DNA from: Cylindrospermopsis raciborskii Cr2010
GTDB lineage: Bacteria > Cyanobacteriota > Cyanobacteriia > Cyanobacteriales > Nostocaceae
Direction: 5' to 3'
Length of the DNA: 32,000 nt
NCBI RefSeq assembly: GCF_003367075.2
Contig: NZ_CP065936.1
Location: 1,050,001-1,082,000, forward strand
This document shows positions 19,006 to 28,025 of this stretch, in pieces. Under the pieces are notes generated by a model, which was not told the origin of the DNA, searched no databases, and saw nothing but the letters and a program-made list of their open reading frames with translations. The position numbers and the translations under genes were made by a program. Numbering within the stretch: the stretch's first letter is position 1; each line of letters begins with the position of its first letter.

Positions 19006-20523
19006 CTAGGTAATCTCTTTCAAGCATCTAATTGCTTCTAATAAACCCCTAGCCTTATTTAAAGTTTCCTCATATTCTTTCTCTGGTTGGGAGTCCGCAA
19101 CTAGTCCTGCACCCGCTTGAACGCTAACAGTCCCATCCTTTAGTACCATAGTTCTAATAGATATAGCAGTATTTAATTGTCCTTCAAAGTCATAATAGCC
19201 ATATACTCCTGAATAGACTCCCCTGCGAGTTGGTTCTAACTGGTTAATGATTTGCATAGCCCGAATTTTTGGTGCTCCACTAACTGTCCCTGCGGGGAAA
19301 CAGGCTTTTAATAAATCCCAAGCGGTTTTATCTTCCGCCAATTTACCTACCACATTACTAACTATGTGCATCACATGGGAATAACGTTCAACAATCATTA
19401 GTTCATCCACCTTAACCGTGCCATTTTGGCAAACCCTTCCTAAATCATTACGTCCCAGATCCACCAACATAATGTGTTCAGCAACTTCCTTGGGATCTGC
19501 TAATAAATCCGCTGCTAATTCCCCATCCTCCTTGGTGGTTTTACCCCTGGGTCTTGTTCCAGCAAGTGGTCTCACCGTGGCGATTATCCCCCCTTCCTCA
19601 TCATCTCTGTCTGCTTTGACCATCACCTCTGGACTAGAACCAATGATCTGCCAATCGTCAAAGTTAAAAAATGCCATGTAAGGTGAAGGGTTAATTTGAC
19701 GTAGGGAACGATATAACTCAAAGGGATTCCCCCGATATTCTGTCCCTAATCTTTGGGAAATTACTACTTGGAAGATATCCCCAGCTCTAATATGCTCCTT
19801 TGCTTTTTCCACACTGGCACAAAATTGCTCCCGGGTAAAATTGCTGCTGTACTCTTTAATATCCACCTTGGGTCTATTCTGTGGTGATTTCCAGGTTAAT
19901 TGGGTGTTTTCCTTCGTTAAGGGTAAAGATAATTTCTCTACCATTTGTTTAATACAATTGCATGCTTTTTGGTAACTCTCTTCCACACCTTCCCTGACAT
20001 CAGCGTAGGCGATCGCCCAAATTTTGCGTTTTACCTGGTCAAATATTAACAAATGGTCTACTTGCATCCACAGTCCATCAGGAATATAGCGATCATCCTG
20101 ACTATGTATAGGTACTGTTGGTTCAATCCAATTAATAAGTTCATAACCCCAAAACCCGAATAAACCGCCAATTCCCGAAGGCAACTCCGGTAATTTCACT
20201 GGATGATAGGGTGCCAAACAGTCAGCCAAAACCCTAAAGGGGTCGCCCTGAAAAACCTGTCGTCTTCCATCTCGATAGATTTGAGTAGTTTGGTTTCCCC
20301 TTGCTTCCAAAATCCAAAGAGGGTCACAACCCAATAAACTATAACGTCCCACCTTTTCCCCACCTTCCACCGACTCCAGCAAAAAGCTATAGGGTTGACC
20401 TGCACAAACCTTGTACCAAGCGGAAACAGGGGTATCCAGATCAGCAACCCATTCCTGATAAACCGGGACAAAATTACCCTGTTGAGCTAATTCTATAAAT
20501 TGCTGAAAATCGGGGAAAATCAT
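19006..20523 (-). CDS. trpE: Anthranilate synthase component I.
   Basis: It matches the TrpE family over its full length, with the conserved chorismate-binding C-terminus (...GAGIVADS-like GAGLVADSQPEKEYEET). The psaD-trpE adjacency is also seen in other cyanobacteria. Confidence 0.92.
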   Translation of the reverse strand: MIFPDFQQFIELAQQGNFVPVYQEWVADLDTPVSAWYKVCAGQPYSFLLESVEGGEKVGRYSLLGCDPLWILEARGNQTTQIYRDGRRQVFQGDPFRVLADCLAPYHPVKLPELPSGIGGLFGFWGYELINWIEPTVPIHSQDDRYIPDGLWMQVDHLLIFDQVKRKIWAIAYADVREGVEESYQKACNCIKQMVEKLSLPLTKENTQLTWKSPQNRPKVDIKEYSSNFTREQFCASVEKAKEHIRAGDIFQVVISQRLGTEYRGNPFELYRSLRQINPSPYMAFFNFDDWQIIGSSPEVMVKADRDDEEGGIIATVRPLAGTRPRGKTTKEDGELAADLLADPKEVAEHIMLVDLGRNDLGRVCQNGTVKVDELMIVERYSHVMHIVSNVVGKLAEDKTAWDLLKACFPAGTVSGAPKIRAMQIINQLEPTRRGVYSGVYGYYDFEGQLNTAISIRTMVLKDGTVSVQAGAGLVADSQPEKEYEETLNKARGLLEAIRCLKEIT

Positions 20524-20617
20524 AGGTTAAAGTTTTATATACTTATAAATTCAAATGGGTAACTAGTAAAGACTGTTACATTACCAATTACCCATTATCA
20601 ACTAGCGCCAACAGATC

Positions 20618-21034
20618 CTAGGCGTCGTGGGTAGCTTTACCACTAAACTTAAGTGCTGCAGCACTGGGGTTCTCACCAATTCTGCGGGGTACATGGCGTA
20701 CCATTTCCCGACCCTTATTTACCTTTTCTGGGAACACACCATCTGCGGGGTGAATCAGAGTAGTTTCCCCACTGGGAAGAATCCGGTAAACCTTGTAGTC
20801 GGTTATTTTGAACTTGCGGAGTTGGGCACCCAAAGCAATGCCATACTCTTTGCGGGCAATATAAAGCAAGTTCTCGCCTGTGCGCATAGTTGCTGCACCA
20901 CCGGTGGGCATTTCAAAAACTTGCTCTTTGGGACTTGTCCAGGTAATAGCGTACTTTTCCTCTACTTCTGCTTTTTTAAGTAGTCCGCCAGTACTACCGC
21001 CAAATAGGGGGGTTTGTCCAGTTAGAGTTGCCAT
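20618..21034 (-). CDS. psaD: Photosystem I reaction centre subunit II (PsaD).
   Basis: ...[42 protein letters not shown]...[14 protein letters not shown]...YRILPSGE... is unmistakably PsaD. I prefer the ATG at 21034 to the TTG at 21055. Confidence 0.95.
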   Translation of the reverse strand: MATLTGQTPLFGGSTGGLLKKAEVEEKYAITWTSPKEQVFEMPTGGAATMRTGENLLYIARKEYGIALGAQLRKFKITDYKVYRILPSGETTLIHPADGVFPEKVNKGREMVRHVPRRIGENPSAAALKFSGKATHDA

Positions 21035-21090
21035 AGGATTAGGGTTTTCTCTCAACGTTTTTAGGGCATACTAGCACCCTAACTTATCCT

Positions 21091-21118
21091 ATATTACGAT
21101 TATTTCACACACTGTAAC
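21091..21118 (-). promoter_or_regulatory. Candidate psaD promoter whose -35 overlaps an HLR1-like half-site.
   Basis: On the minus strand, GTTACA (complement of 21113-21118), a 16-nt spacer, then TAATAT (complement of 21091-21096). The sequence GTTACAGTgtGTGAAATA weakly resembles the RpaB HLR1 direct repeat. Confidence 0.3.
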
Positions 21119-21193
21119 ACTTTCTCAAATCTGAGGGGAGGAAAATTTGCAAATCTTTGTGATTGCCGTCATCCAGTAGCTGGGCAAAAAGAA

Positions 21194-23212
21194 CTACCTG
21201 GGTGATGATATCCCAGTATTAACCTTGGACTGCTTTTTTTCTATCTTCCCCCGCACAATGGGAATAGTAAAGTGAAATTGGCTTCCCTTATCTTTACCCT
21301 CCGACTCAGCCCAAATTCTTCCCCCCCAAGCATTAACTATTTGACGACAAATCGCTAAACCCAATCCCGTTCCTCCAGTAGTTCGCCTTAAAGCTCCCTC
21401 CTCTTGATAAAACCGGTCAAATACTATTTCCAACGCATCCGGATCAATGCCTCGACCTGTATCACCTACAGTAACCAACACTTGGTCACTACGATTCTGT
21501 TTGGCTTTAATTGTAATCTTTCCCGAGGGGGAAGTGAATTTATAGGCATTATCTATCAATTTGGCTAATACTTCCACTAACCAGTCTCCATCCGCTTTCA
21601 CCAGGGGTAAATTTATGGGAATCTCACTACTCACCTGGGGTGATTTTTCTTTGTTAGATCTTATACGCATGCGACTTAATGCTAAATCCACACACTCCTT
21701 GAGAATTAAAGACTCCGTATGCCATTCCACATTCCCACTTTCCAAATTAGAAAGGGTCAGGAAGTCTTGCACTAGTTTACGCATTCTCTCTGAGTCTGCA
21801 AGAGCTGTATTTAACATCACTTGCCGTAAGTCGGCGGGCATATCTGGCTCGGTGGCCAAACTTTCTAAACACACTTGAATCGTAGAAAGGGGAGTTCGCA
21901 ACTCATGCCCAGTAATAGCAATTAGATTGCTGCGAGTTCGGTCTAAAGCCTCTAGTTGTTTATTTAGCTCTTCTAAGTTAGTAAATGATTCGGCTTGAAT
22001 TAAAGCTGAACCCACTTGAGTTGCGATCGCCTTGACTAAATCCAGCTCTCCTGGTTGCCAATCGTAGGTAGGAAAATAACAATAGTGTAGTTCCACAATA
22101 CCCAGCAATCTCCCCTGAAATAATACAGGTTCCATCAACCAAGAACGAATATTAAATTTGTCTGCTATGGAGGACAAGTAAGGAGAATCTTTAACTCGTG
22201 GATCCGTTGTCGCATCACCCACACATACTCCTTCCTGTTTATCCACAATTTCTTGAAATAGAGAGTGACGTTGTAAATCCCAGGTTTGTCCTAAAACCGA
22301 TGATAAACCCTGATCCAAAAATTCATGTTCAATATTTGCCCTCACATCACCAGACTGAGCACGATAAATCAAACAACGACCCGCTGCTAAATGATCTCCC
22401 AATTCCTGCGCAGCAACTTGCAAAATTTGTTTTGGATCCAGGGAGCGCCTAATAGCCATACTAATAGAATTAACCAGTCTTTCCTTCCTAGCTTGAACAG
22501 TAAGAGAGCGGTAGGCCTTATGTAACTTATACTGACTGGCCTGTAAATAAGTTACTAATCGTCGGACAAAAGGATCCGTATCAATTTCCCTTCCCCCTAT
22601 CTTCTTTCTCTGACTGGACTTTGTGAATTCTTTAATATTAAACCGTTTACGTACATCAACCACCTTGTCCTTCAAATCAGGACGATAGGCCACAATTCTG
22701 CTTAATAATAAATCCGCCGCTTTAATACTAACAGTCCTATCAGCTGTCCAAATACCCTCAAATCTTCTTGAGGTATCCATATCCAGGACAGAACTCGTCT
22801 CTGGTACTTGGTGACTTTTAACAACCGATTTAACACTTTCTCGACACACTAAACAGGTAGCATAATTATCTGCAATCACAACCAAATGCCACTCTTTACT
22901 TAGAGCATCCTCTGGTGCAAAAGCAACCTTTTCATAAGATCCTGAACTACTAGTAAACCCAGTTTCTAGTGCAGACAATACATATACTTGACTACTACGC
23001 TCAGCAAGACGCTCATAGCGATGAGCTTCCTGACGATAAAACCGTTCCCGCTGGAAACTGGCAATAATTAGTGGTTCACCCAAGGTAGTCCCCAAAATCT
23101 GGTCTTCCATCGCATGGGAAAGTGCGGTTAGTGAAGCCTTAAAATATAACTGGGGACGTAGGTGAGATAGTGACTGTAGCAAATCACTCAGCACGGAAGT
23201 CGAGATGCTCAT
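21194..23212 (-). CDS. Sensor histidine kinase with N-terminal DICT domain, GAF domain, HisKA and HATPase_c.
   Basis: It has a DICT-like N-terminus (...IIASFQRERFYRQEAHRYERLA...EWHLVVIADNYATCLVCRE). It also has a GAF region, the H-box ITGHELRTPLSTI, the N-box KLIDNAYKFT, G1 VGDTGRGI and G2 GGTGLGLAICR. Confidence 0.85.
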   Translation of the reverse strand: MSISTSVLSDLLQSLSHLRPQLYFKASLTALSHAMEDQILGTTLGEPLIIASFQRERFYRQEAHRYERLAERSSQVYVLSALETGFTSSSGSYEKVAFAPEDALSKEWHLVVIADNYATCLVCRESVKSVVKSHQVPETSSVLDMDTSRRFEGIWTADRTVSIKAADLLLSRIVAYRPDLKDKVVDVRKRFNIKEFTKSSQRKKIGGREIDTDPFVRRLVTYLQASQYKLHKAYRSLTVQARKERLVNSISMAIRRSLDPKQILQVAAQELGDHLAAGRCLIYRAQSGDVRANIEHEFLDQGLSSVLGQTWDLQRHSLFQEIVDKQEGVCVGDATTDPRVKDSPYLSSIADKFNIRSWLMEPVLFQGRLLGIVELHYCYFPTYDWQPGELDLVKAIATQVGSALIQAESFTNLEELNKQLEALDRTRSNLIAITGHELRTPLSTIQVCLESLATEPDMPADLRQVMLNTALADSERMRKLVQDFLTLSNLESGNVEWHTESLILKECVDLALSRMRIRSNKEKSPQVSSEIPINLPLVKADGDWLVEVLAKLIDNAYKFTSPSGKITIKAKQNRSDQVLVTVGDTGRGIDPDALEIVFDRFYQEEGALRRTTGGTGLGLAICRQIVNAWGGRIWAESEGKDKGSQFHFTIPIVRGKIEKKQSKVNTGISSPR

Positions 23213-23342
23213 GAATATTCTTAAACGTCCAATTTAGACCATGAGAAAGCACTTCCCCAGATCCTAATCCAAAAACTGATCAAGTAAGTTTGGTAACTGT
23301 TAAATCTTGACAAAACTCAAAAAATTCCCCTCCTCAATCCTA

Positions 23343-23373
23343 ATTAATCAATAACTTAATCAATATTTAAAAT
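23343..23373 (+). promoter_or_regulatory. Pho-box-like tandem octamers upstream of the phosphodiesterase gene.
   Basis: ATTAATCA (23343), CTTAATCA (23355) and TTTAAAAT (23366) compare with the cyanobacterial Pho-box unit PyTTAAPyPy(T/A) repeated every 11 bp. The spacings here are 12 and 11 bp, and only the middle unit is a perfect match. Confidence 0.3.
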
Positions 23374-23465
23374 AGACTTACTCTCGAGACAATGGTATCT
23401 TAACTTTCTACCAATAAGTTGTATTGGGAATACTAACTTAATTTTTCTTTACCCAAATTCCCAAT

Positions 23466-26400
23466 ATGGTAACACTCAAAGGTTTTGCTGTTCTTCCTGC
23501 TGATACGTTTGCTGCTGGTCCAAAATCCGGTGCTGCTGTCACCAATCCCACCAATGGACGTACTACGCCTTTTTCTGGTCAACCTGTACAAGGCTTTAGC
23601 GGGGTGCAATTTGCTCCTAACACCAGTGGGTCCCGATTTTGGTTTTTAGCGGACAATGGTTTTGGTGCTAAAAACAACAGTGCGGACTTCCTCCTGCGCA
23701 TCTACCAACTAGACCCTAATTTTACTGGGGTTGAAAATGGTAATGCTAAGGTTGGGGTAGAGAACTTCATTCAACTTTCAGATCCTAACCGCCTGATTCC
23801 CTTTTCCATTGTGAATCAAAACACTCCTGAACGACAACTCACAGGAGCGGATTTTGACGTAGAATCCTTTGTTATTGATGCTAAAGGGGATATTTGGATA
23901 GGTGATGAGTTTGGTACTTACCTGCTACACTTTGACAGCAATGGAGTTTTATTGGATGCGCCCATTAGTACCCCCAATCTGGTCAAACTAAACACTCTCA
24001 ACGGTCAAAAACCCATTGTTATTGGTCATAGAGGTGCTAGTGGTGAATTACCAGAACATACCATTGAAGCATATAGACTGGCAATTTTAAGAGGTGCTGA
24101 CTTCATTGAACCAGATTTAGTCTCTACCAAAGATGGGGTCTTAATTGCTCGTCACGAACCCAATTTGATTAATACTACTGATGTAGCCAATCGTCCTGAA
24201 TTTGCCAGTCGCAAGAAAAAGGTTGTGGTGGATGGAGTAGAAGAAGAAGGCTTCTTTGCTTCTGACTTTACCTTAGCGGAAATTAAAACTCTTAGAGCAG
24301 TTATGCCTCAGGGTTACCGTGACCAGGTGTTTAATGGGTTACTGGAAATCCCTACCCTGGGCGACATTATTGATTTAGTCAAGGAAGTAGAAGCACAAAC
24401 GGGCAAGAAAATTGGTATTTACCCAGAAACTAAACATCCCACCTACCACGACAATCTGGGTTTATCTTTAGAAGAAAAACTAATTGACACCCTTAAAAGC
24501 AAGAGCTTTACTGATCCGGCACGCATTTTCATTCAATCATTTGAAGTTAGTAATCTTCAGGATTTGAATAATAACATCATGCCAGCAAGAGGTGTTAATA
24601 TTCCCCTAGTGCAGCTAATTGATGCATATGATGTAGCTGATGATGGCACACTTATATACAAAGATGCTTACGCTCGTCCCTACGATTTTACTGTCAAGGG
24701 AGACACTCGTACCTATGGTGATCTCCTGACTCCAGCAGGTTTAGCGGAAATTGCCAAATACGCGGATGGCATTGGACCGTGGAAGCGCCAGATTATTTCT
24801 GTTAAAACCGTAGATAAGAACAATGATGGCAAACCAGACGATCTCAACAATGATGGGGTCATCAATGACAGTGACAAGGTAACCTTGCCACCTACCAGTG
24901 TGGTTAGCGATGCTCACAAAGTGGGACTGTTAGTTCATCCTTACACCTTCCGCAATGAAAGTCGCTTTTTGGCATCGGACTACAATAACAATCCGGAATT
25001 GGAATATCGTCAATTTATCAGTTTGGGTGTAGATGGTTACTTTACCGACTTCCCAGGAACAGGAGATTTGGTGAGAGACCAAATTACCACCAACCAAGTA
25101 AGATCCCCCCAAAATCCCACTGTTCTGTCCAAACCTAACTTTGATACTCTCAATGGTCAAAAACCTATTGTCATTGGTCACCGAGGTAGTAGCGGAGAGC
25201 GTCCAGAACATACCCTAGCTAGTTATAAATTGGCGATCGCCCAGGGTGCAGATTTCATTGAACCAGACTTGGTTGTCACCAAAGATAATGTTTTAATTGC
25301 CCGTCATGAACCGATGTTGGCGGTTGTGAACCTCAACACTGATGGTACAATTAAACTTGTGGGTGGTAAACCAGAAATCAATCTCACAGATACCAGCACA
25401 GACGTTCATCTACGTGATAAATTCCAAGATCGCCTCAAAGTCAAAAACTTAGATGGTCGCAACGTGGGTGGGTGGTTCGCAGAAGACTTTACCCTAGCAG
25501 AAATCAAAGAACTAAATGCTATTGAGCGTCTTCCTTCTCTCCGTAGTACCGCCTTTGATCAAGATGGGTTGAAGGTTCCCACTCTCAAAGAGGTAATTGA
25601 CCTGGTGAAACAGGTAGAATTGGAAACTGGACGCAAGATTGGTATTTACCCAGAAACCAAACATCCTACATTCTTCCAGCAGCAAGGTTTTAACACCAGT
25701 CAATTATTGGTAAATACCCTCAAAACCCTGAACTTTACTGATGCTAGTCGTGTCTTCATTCAATCCTTTGAAGTTAGTAACCTCAAGGAATTGAAAAACA
25801 CAATTATGCCTGGTGCGAGTGTTGATATCCCATTAGTGCAATTATTTGGTGGATCCGGTAGACCCTACGATTTTGTGGTCAATGGAGACAGTCGTACCTA
25901 TAATGACCTTTCTACACCTACTGGGTTAAAAGAAATTGCTCAGTATGCAAAAGGCATAGGACCAAACAAACAGCGCATAGTTCCTATGACCACCGTAGAC
26001 AATAATAAAGATGGTCAACCGGATGATTTAAATGGAGATGGTCAAATCAGTGATGCAGACCGCACCCTGGGCGCACCAACAACTCTCATTCAGGATGCCC
26101 ACCAAGCGGGACTACTAGTTCATCTTTACACCCTAAGAAATGATGGGTTTTTCCTTTCTGCCGACTATAAGGGAGATCCGGGAGCAGAAGTACGTAAATT
26201 TGTGGATTTAGGCGTAGATGGTTTCTTTACTGATTTCCCCAAAACAGGAACATCCGTAATAGTTAACAACTATCTAGCGGGAACAGGTTACGCCAACCCC
26301 AACAATAACTTGAACTCACCCTATTTTGCCGACTCCCCAGTTTACTTCAATCCCAATCAACCTTACTATGGTGATTTAGTTACTGCTAATCTCAACCGCT

Positions 26401-27602
26401 CCCAGGGATTTGAAGGTATGGCTTTTAGTCCAGACCGTCAAACGGTCTATCCCATGTTGGAAGGTACGGTGGTAGGAGATCCTGCTGGTTCCGTCAGAAT
26501 CTACAAATTTGATGTAGCAACAGAAACTTACACCGGTTTAGTAGGACGTTATCAACTAGCCAGTCCTAGCAATGCTATTGGCGATTTCACACCTATAAAT
26601 GACAAAGAGTTCTTGGTAATTGAAAGGGACAATAATCAGGGCACTGGCGCAGCGTTTAAAAAGATATTCAAGGTGGATTTTAGTCAGGTCAATGCTCAAG
26701 GTTTTGTTCCCAAGGAAGAAGTAGCAAACTTACTGGATATCCAAGACCCCAATGATCTCAATAGTGATGGTAATAAAACCTATAACATGCCATTTCAAAC
26801 CATTGAAGATGTGGTGGTATGGGATAATAAAACCATTATTGTGGCTAATGATAACAATTATCCTTTCTCCATTGGTCGTCCCCCCCTCATTGACAATAAT
26901 GAAATCGTTGTGCTAGAGTTGGACAAGCCTCTCGCCCTGGATGCTCGTCTAGGTCTAGCTGCGACCATCGCTGAAAGCTCTCAATTGGTTTTTGGCACTC
27001 CCGGTGTTGATAATGTGTCTGTTACACAAGGAACCGATGGCATTAATGATATAATTTTCACTGGTGCTGGAGACGATAAAGTGGATACCCTGGGTGTCAC
27101 CAACCCCTACGCAGGCAATAATACAGTACACTCAGGTAGCGGAAAAGATATTATAGACGTAAATAATGGCGATCGCATTTTTGGTGGTAGTGGGAATGAT
27201 GAAATCTTCGCCACGGATGCCAAAGACTATCGCATTTCCGGTGGTGCTGGTAATGATGTATTTTATCTGGGTACTAATGGTCGCGCTTTAGGTGGCGATG
27301 GAGAGGATAAATTCTTTGTTACCGAGGGTGGAGGGAATTTAATTTCCGGTGGTGCTGGTGCAGACCAATTCTGGATCACTACCGGTGATATCCCTAGTGT
27401 TGACAACAAAAACGTTGCCAATACCATTGTGGACTTCCAGATAAGTACTGACGTTTTAGGTATTAGTGGTCAAGGAAGCAACTTTGGTTTTAATAATCTG
27501 ACCCTAACCAATAGCGACATTATCATCAATGGGAATAAAGTAGCCACCTTAACCGGAATAAATACTAGCACACTCACTGCCAGTAACTTTGCTTTTGCCT
27601 AG
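23466..27602 (+). CDS. Large multidomain, probably secreted phosphodiesterase. It combines a phytase-like esterase domain, two tandem glycerophosphodiester phosphodiesterase (GDPD) domains, and C-terminal RTX-type Ca2+-binding repeats.
   Basis: There are two GDPD cores (VIGHRGASGELPEHT...EPDL...ARHE and VIGHRGSSGERPEHT...EPDL...ARHE). Phytase-like esterase blocks are present (QPVQGFSGV, LADNGFGAKNNSADF, GFEGMAFSPD, LVIERDNNQG, ANDNNYPF). The C-terminal repeats are GGSGNDEIF, GGAGNDVFY, GGDGEDKFF and GGAGADQFW. There is no N-terminal signal peptide, and a stop codon lies 27 nt upstream of the ATG. Confidence 0.85.
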   Translation: MVTLKGFAVLPADTFAAGPKSGAAVTNPTNGRTTPFSGQPVQGFSGVQFAPNTSGSRFWFLADNGFGAKNNSADFLLRIYQLDPNFTGVENGNAKVGVENFIQLSDPNRLIPFSIVNQNTPERQLTGADFDVESFVIDAKGDIWIGDEFGTYLLHFDSNGVLLDAPISTPNLVKLNTLNGQKPIVIGHRGASGELPEHTIEAYRLAILRGADFIEPDLVSTKDGVLIARHEPNLINTTDVANRPEFASRKKKVVVDGVEEEGFFASDFTLAEIKTLRAVMPQGYRDQVFNGLLEIPTLGDIIDLVKEVEAQTGKKIGIYPETKHPTYHDNLGLSLEEKLIDTLKSKSFTDPARIFIQSFEVSNLQDLNNNIMPARGVNIPLVQLIDAYDVADDGTLIYKDAYARPYDFTVKGDTRTYGDLLTPAGLAEIAKYADGIGPWKRQIISVKTVDKNNDGKPDDLNNDGVINDSDKVTLPPTSVVSDAHKVGLLVHPYTFRNESRFLASDYNNNPELEYRQFISLGVDGYFTDFPGTGDLVRDQITTNQVRSPQNPTVLSKPNFDTLNGQKPIVIGHRGSSGERPEHTLASYKLAIAQGADFIEPDLVVTKDNVLIARHEPMLAVVNLNTDGTIKLVGGKPEINLTDTSTDVHLRDKFQDRLKVKNLDGRNVGGWFAEDFTLAEIKELNAIERLPSLRSTAFDQDGLKVPTLKEVIDLVKQVELETGRKIGIYPETKHPTFFQQQGFNTSQLLVNTLKTLNFTDASRVFIQSFEVSNLKELKNTIMPGASVDIPLVQLFGGSGRPYDFVVNGDSRTYNDLSTPTGLKEIAQYAKGIGPNKQRIVPMTTVDNNKDGQPDDLNGDGQISDADRTLGAPTTLIQDAHQAGLLVHLYTLRNDGFFLSADYKGDPGAEVRKFVDLGVDGFFTDFPKTGTSVIVNNYLAGTGYANPNNNLNSPYFADSPVYFNPNQPYYGDLVTANLNRSQGFEGMAFSPDRQTVYPMLEGTVVGDPAGSVRIYKFDVATETYTGLVGRYQLASPSNAIGDFTPINDKEFLVIERDNNQGTGAAFKKIFKVDFSQVNAQGFVPKEEVANLLDIQDPNDLNSDGNKTYNMPFQTIEDVVVWDNKTIIVANDNNYPFSIGRPPLIDNNEIVVLELDKPLALDARLGLAATIAESSQLVFGTPGVDNVSVTQGTDGINDIIFTGAGDDKVDTLGVTNPYAGNNTVHSGSGKDIIDVNNGDRIFGGSGNDEIFATDAKDYRISGGAGNDVFYLGTNGRALGGDGEDKFFVTEGGGNLISGGAGADQFWITTGDIPSVDNKNVANTIVDFQISTDVLGISGQGSNFGFNNLTLTNSDIIINGNKVATLTGINTSTLTASNFAFA

Positions 27603-27624
27603 GTTTTGGTTAGTTTAACTGAAT

Positions 27625-27660
27625 AAGGGCTTACTCTAGGGTAAGCCTTTACTTGGTTTT
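27625..27660 (+). terminator. Rho-independent terminator-like hairpin after the phosphodiesterase gene.
   Basis: AAGGGCTTAC-tctagg-GTAAGCCTTT forms 10 bp including one G-U pair, followed by ACTTGGTTTT. Confidence 0.5.
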
Positions 27661-27713
27661 AAATAGTTTCTAATCTTTGAAAAACATCTAACTATAACCT
27701 ATAACTAAGCTAA

Positions 27714-28025
27714 CTAAGCATCTTCCGAACTCTCAATTTTTTTGCCAGGGGAAGACTCATACAGCGCATCCAAATGCTGACGTGCATCCTCTATATTAAT
27801 AGAACGCATTACTAAAAGTGGTTCCTTAATTAAATTACCCGAATCATCCAATAACTCCGGATGGGGTATGGACTTGGTTCCATAATAACCAAAACCACTT
27901 TGATTACCCCCCATTTTGGGAGGATAAGAACGGTCAAAACTGAACATAATCAGGTTTCTAATTAAATTACTGACAGCAATAAATGCTAAAGCCGTAAAAG
28001 CTACAATGTACAGTAGGTGTAACAT
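27714..28025 (-). CDS. Small membrane-anchored conserved cyanobacterial protein (DUF2973-like).
   Basis: MLHLLYIVAFTALAFIAVSNLIRNL forms an N-terminal TM helix. The ATG at 28025 is preceded by a GGAGGA-containing Shine-Dalgarno-like sequence. I judge the ORF-track start at 28127 to be an upstream extension. Confidence 0.55.
   Translation of the reverse strand: MLHLLYIVAFTALAFIAVSNLIRNLIMFSFDRSYPPKMGGNQSGFGYYGTKSIPHPELLDDSGNLIKEPLLVMRSINIEDARQHLDALYESSPGKKIESSEDA

Noticed and set aside
20554-20596. The inverted repeat AATGGGTAA-n25-TTACCCATT between psaD and trpE, considered as a psaD terminator.
   Set aside because: The loop is long (25 nt) and there is no clear U-tract on the minus strand. 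I consider it too weak to call a terminator, although it may still form a structure.
20627-20983. 118-aa and 64-aa plus-strand ORFs overlapping psaD.
   Set aside because: They are antisense to an unmistakable psaD coding sequence, and I recognise no motifs in them.
23284-23297. An NtcA-like sequence GTA-n8-AAC in the kinase/phosphodiesterase divergent region.
   Set aside because: It does not match the canonical GTA-n8-TAC. It has no properly spaced -10 box and lies about 170 nt from the nearest start codon, so it is probably a chance match.
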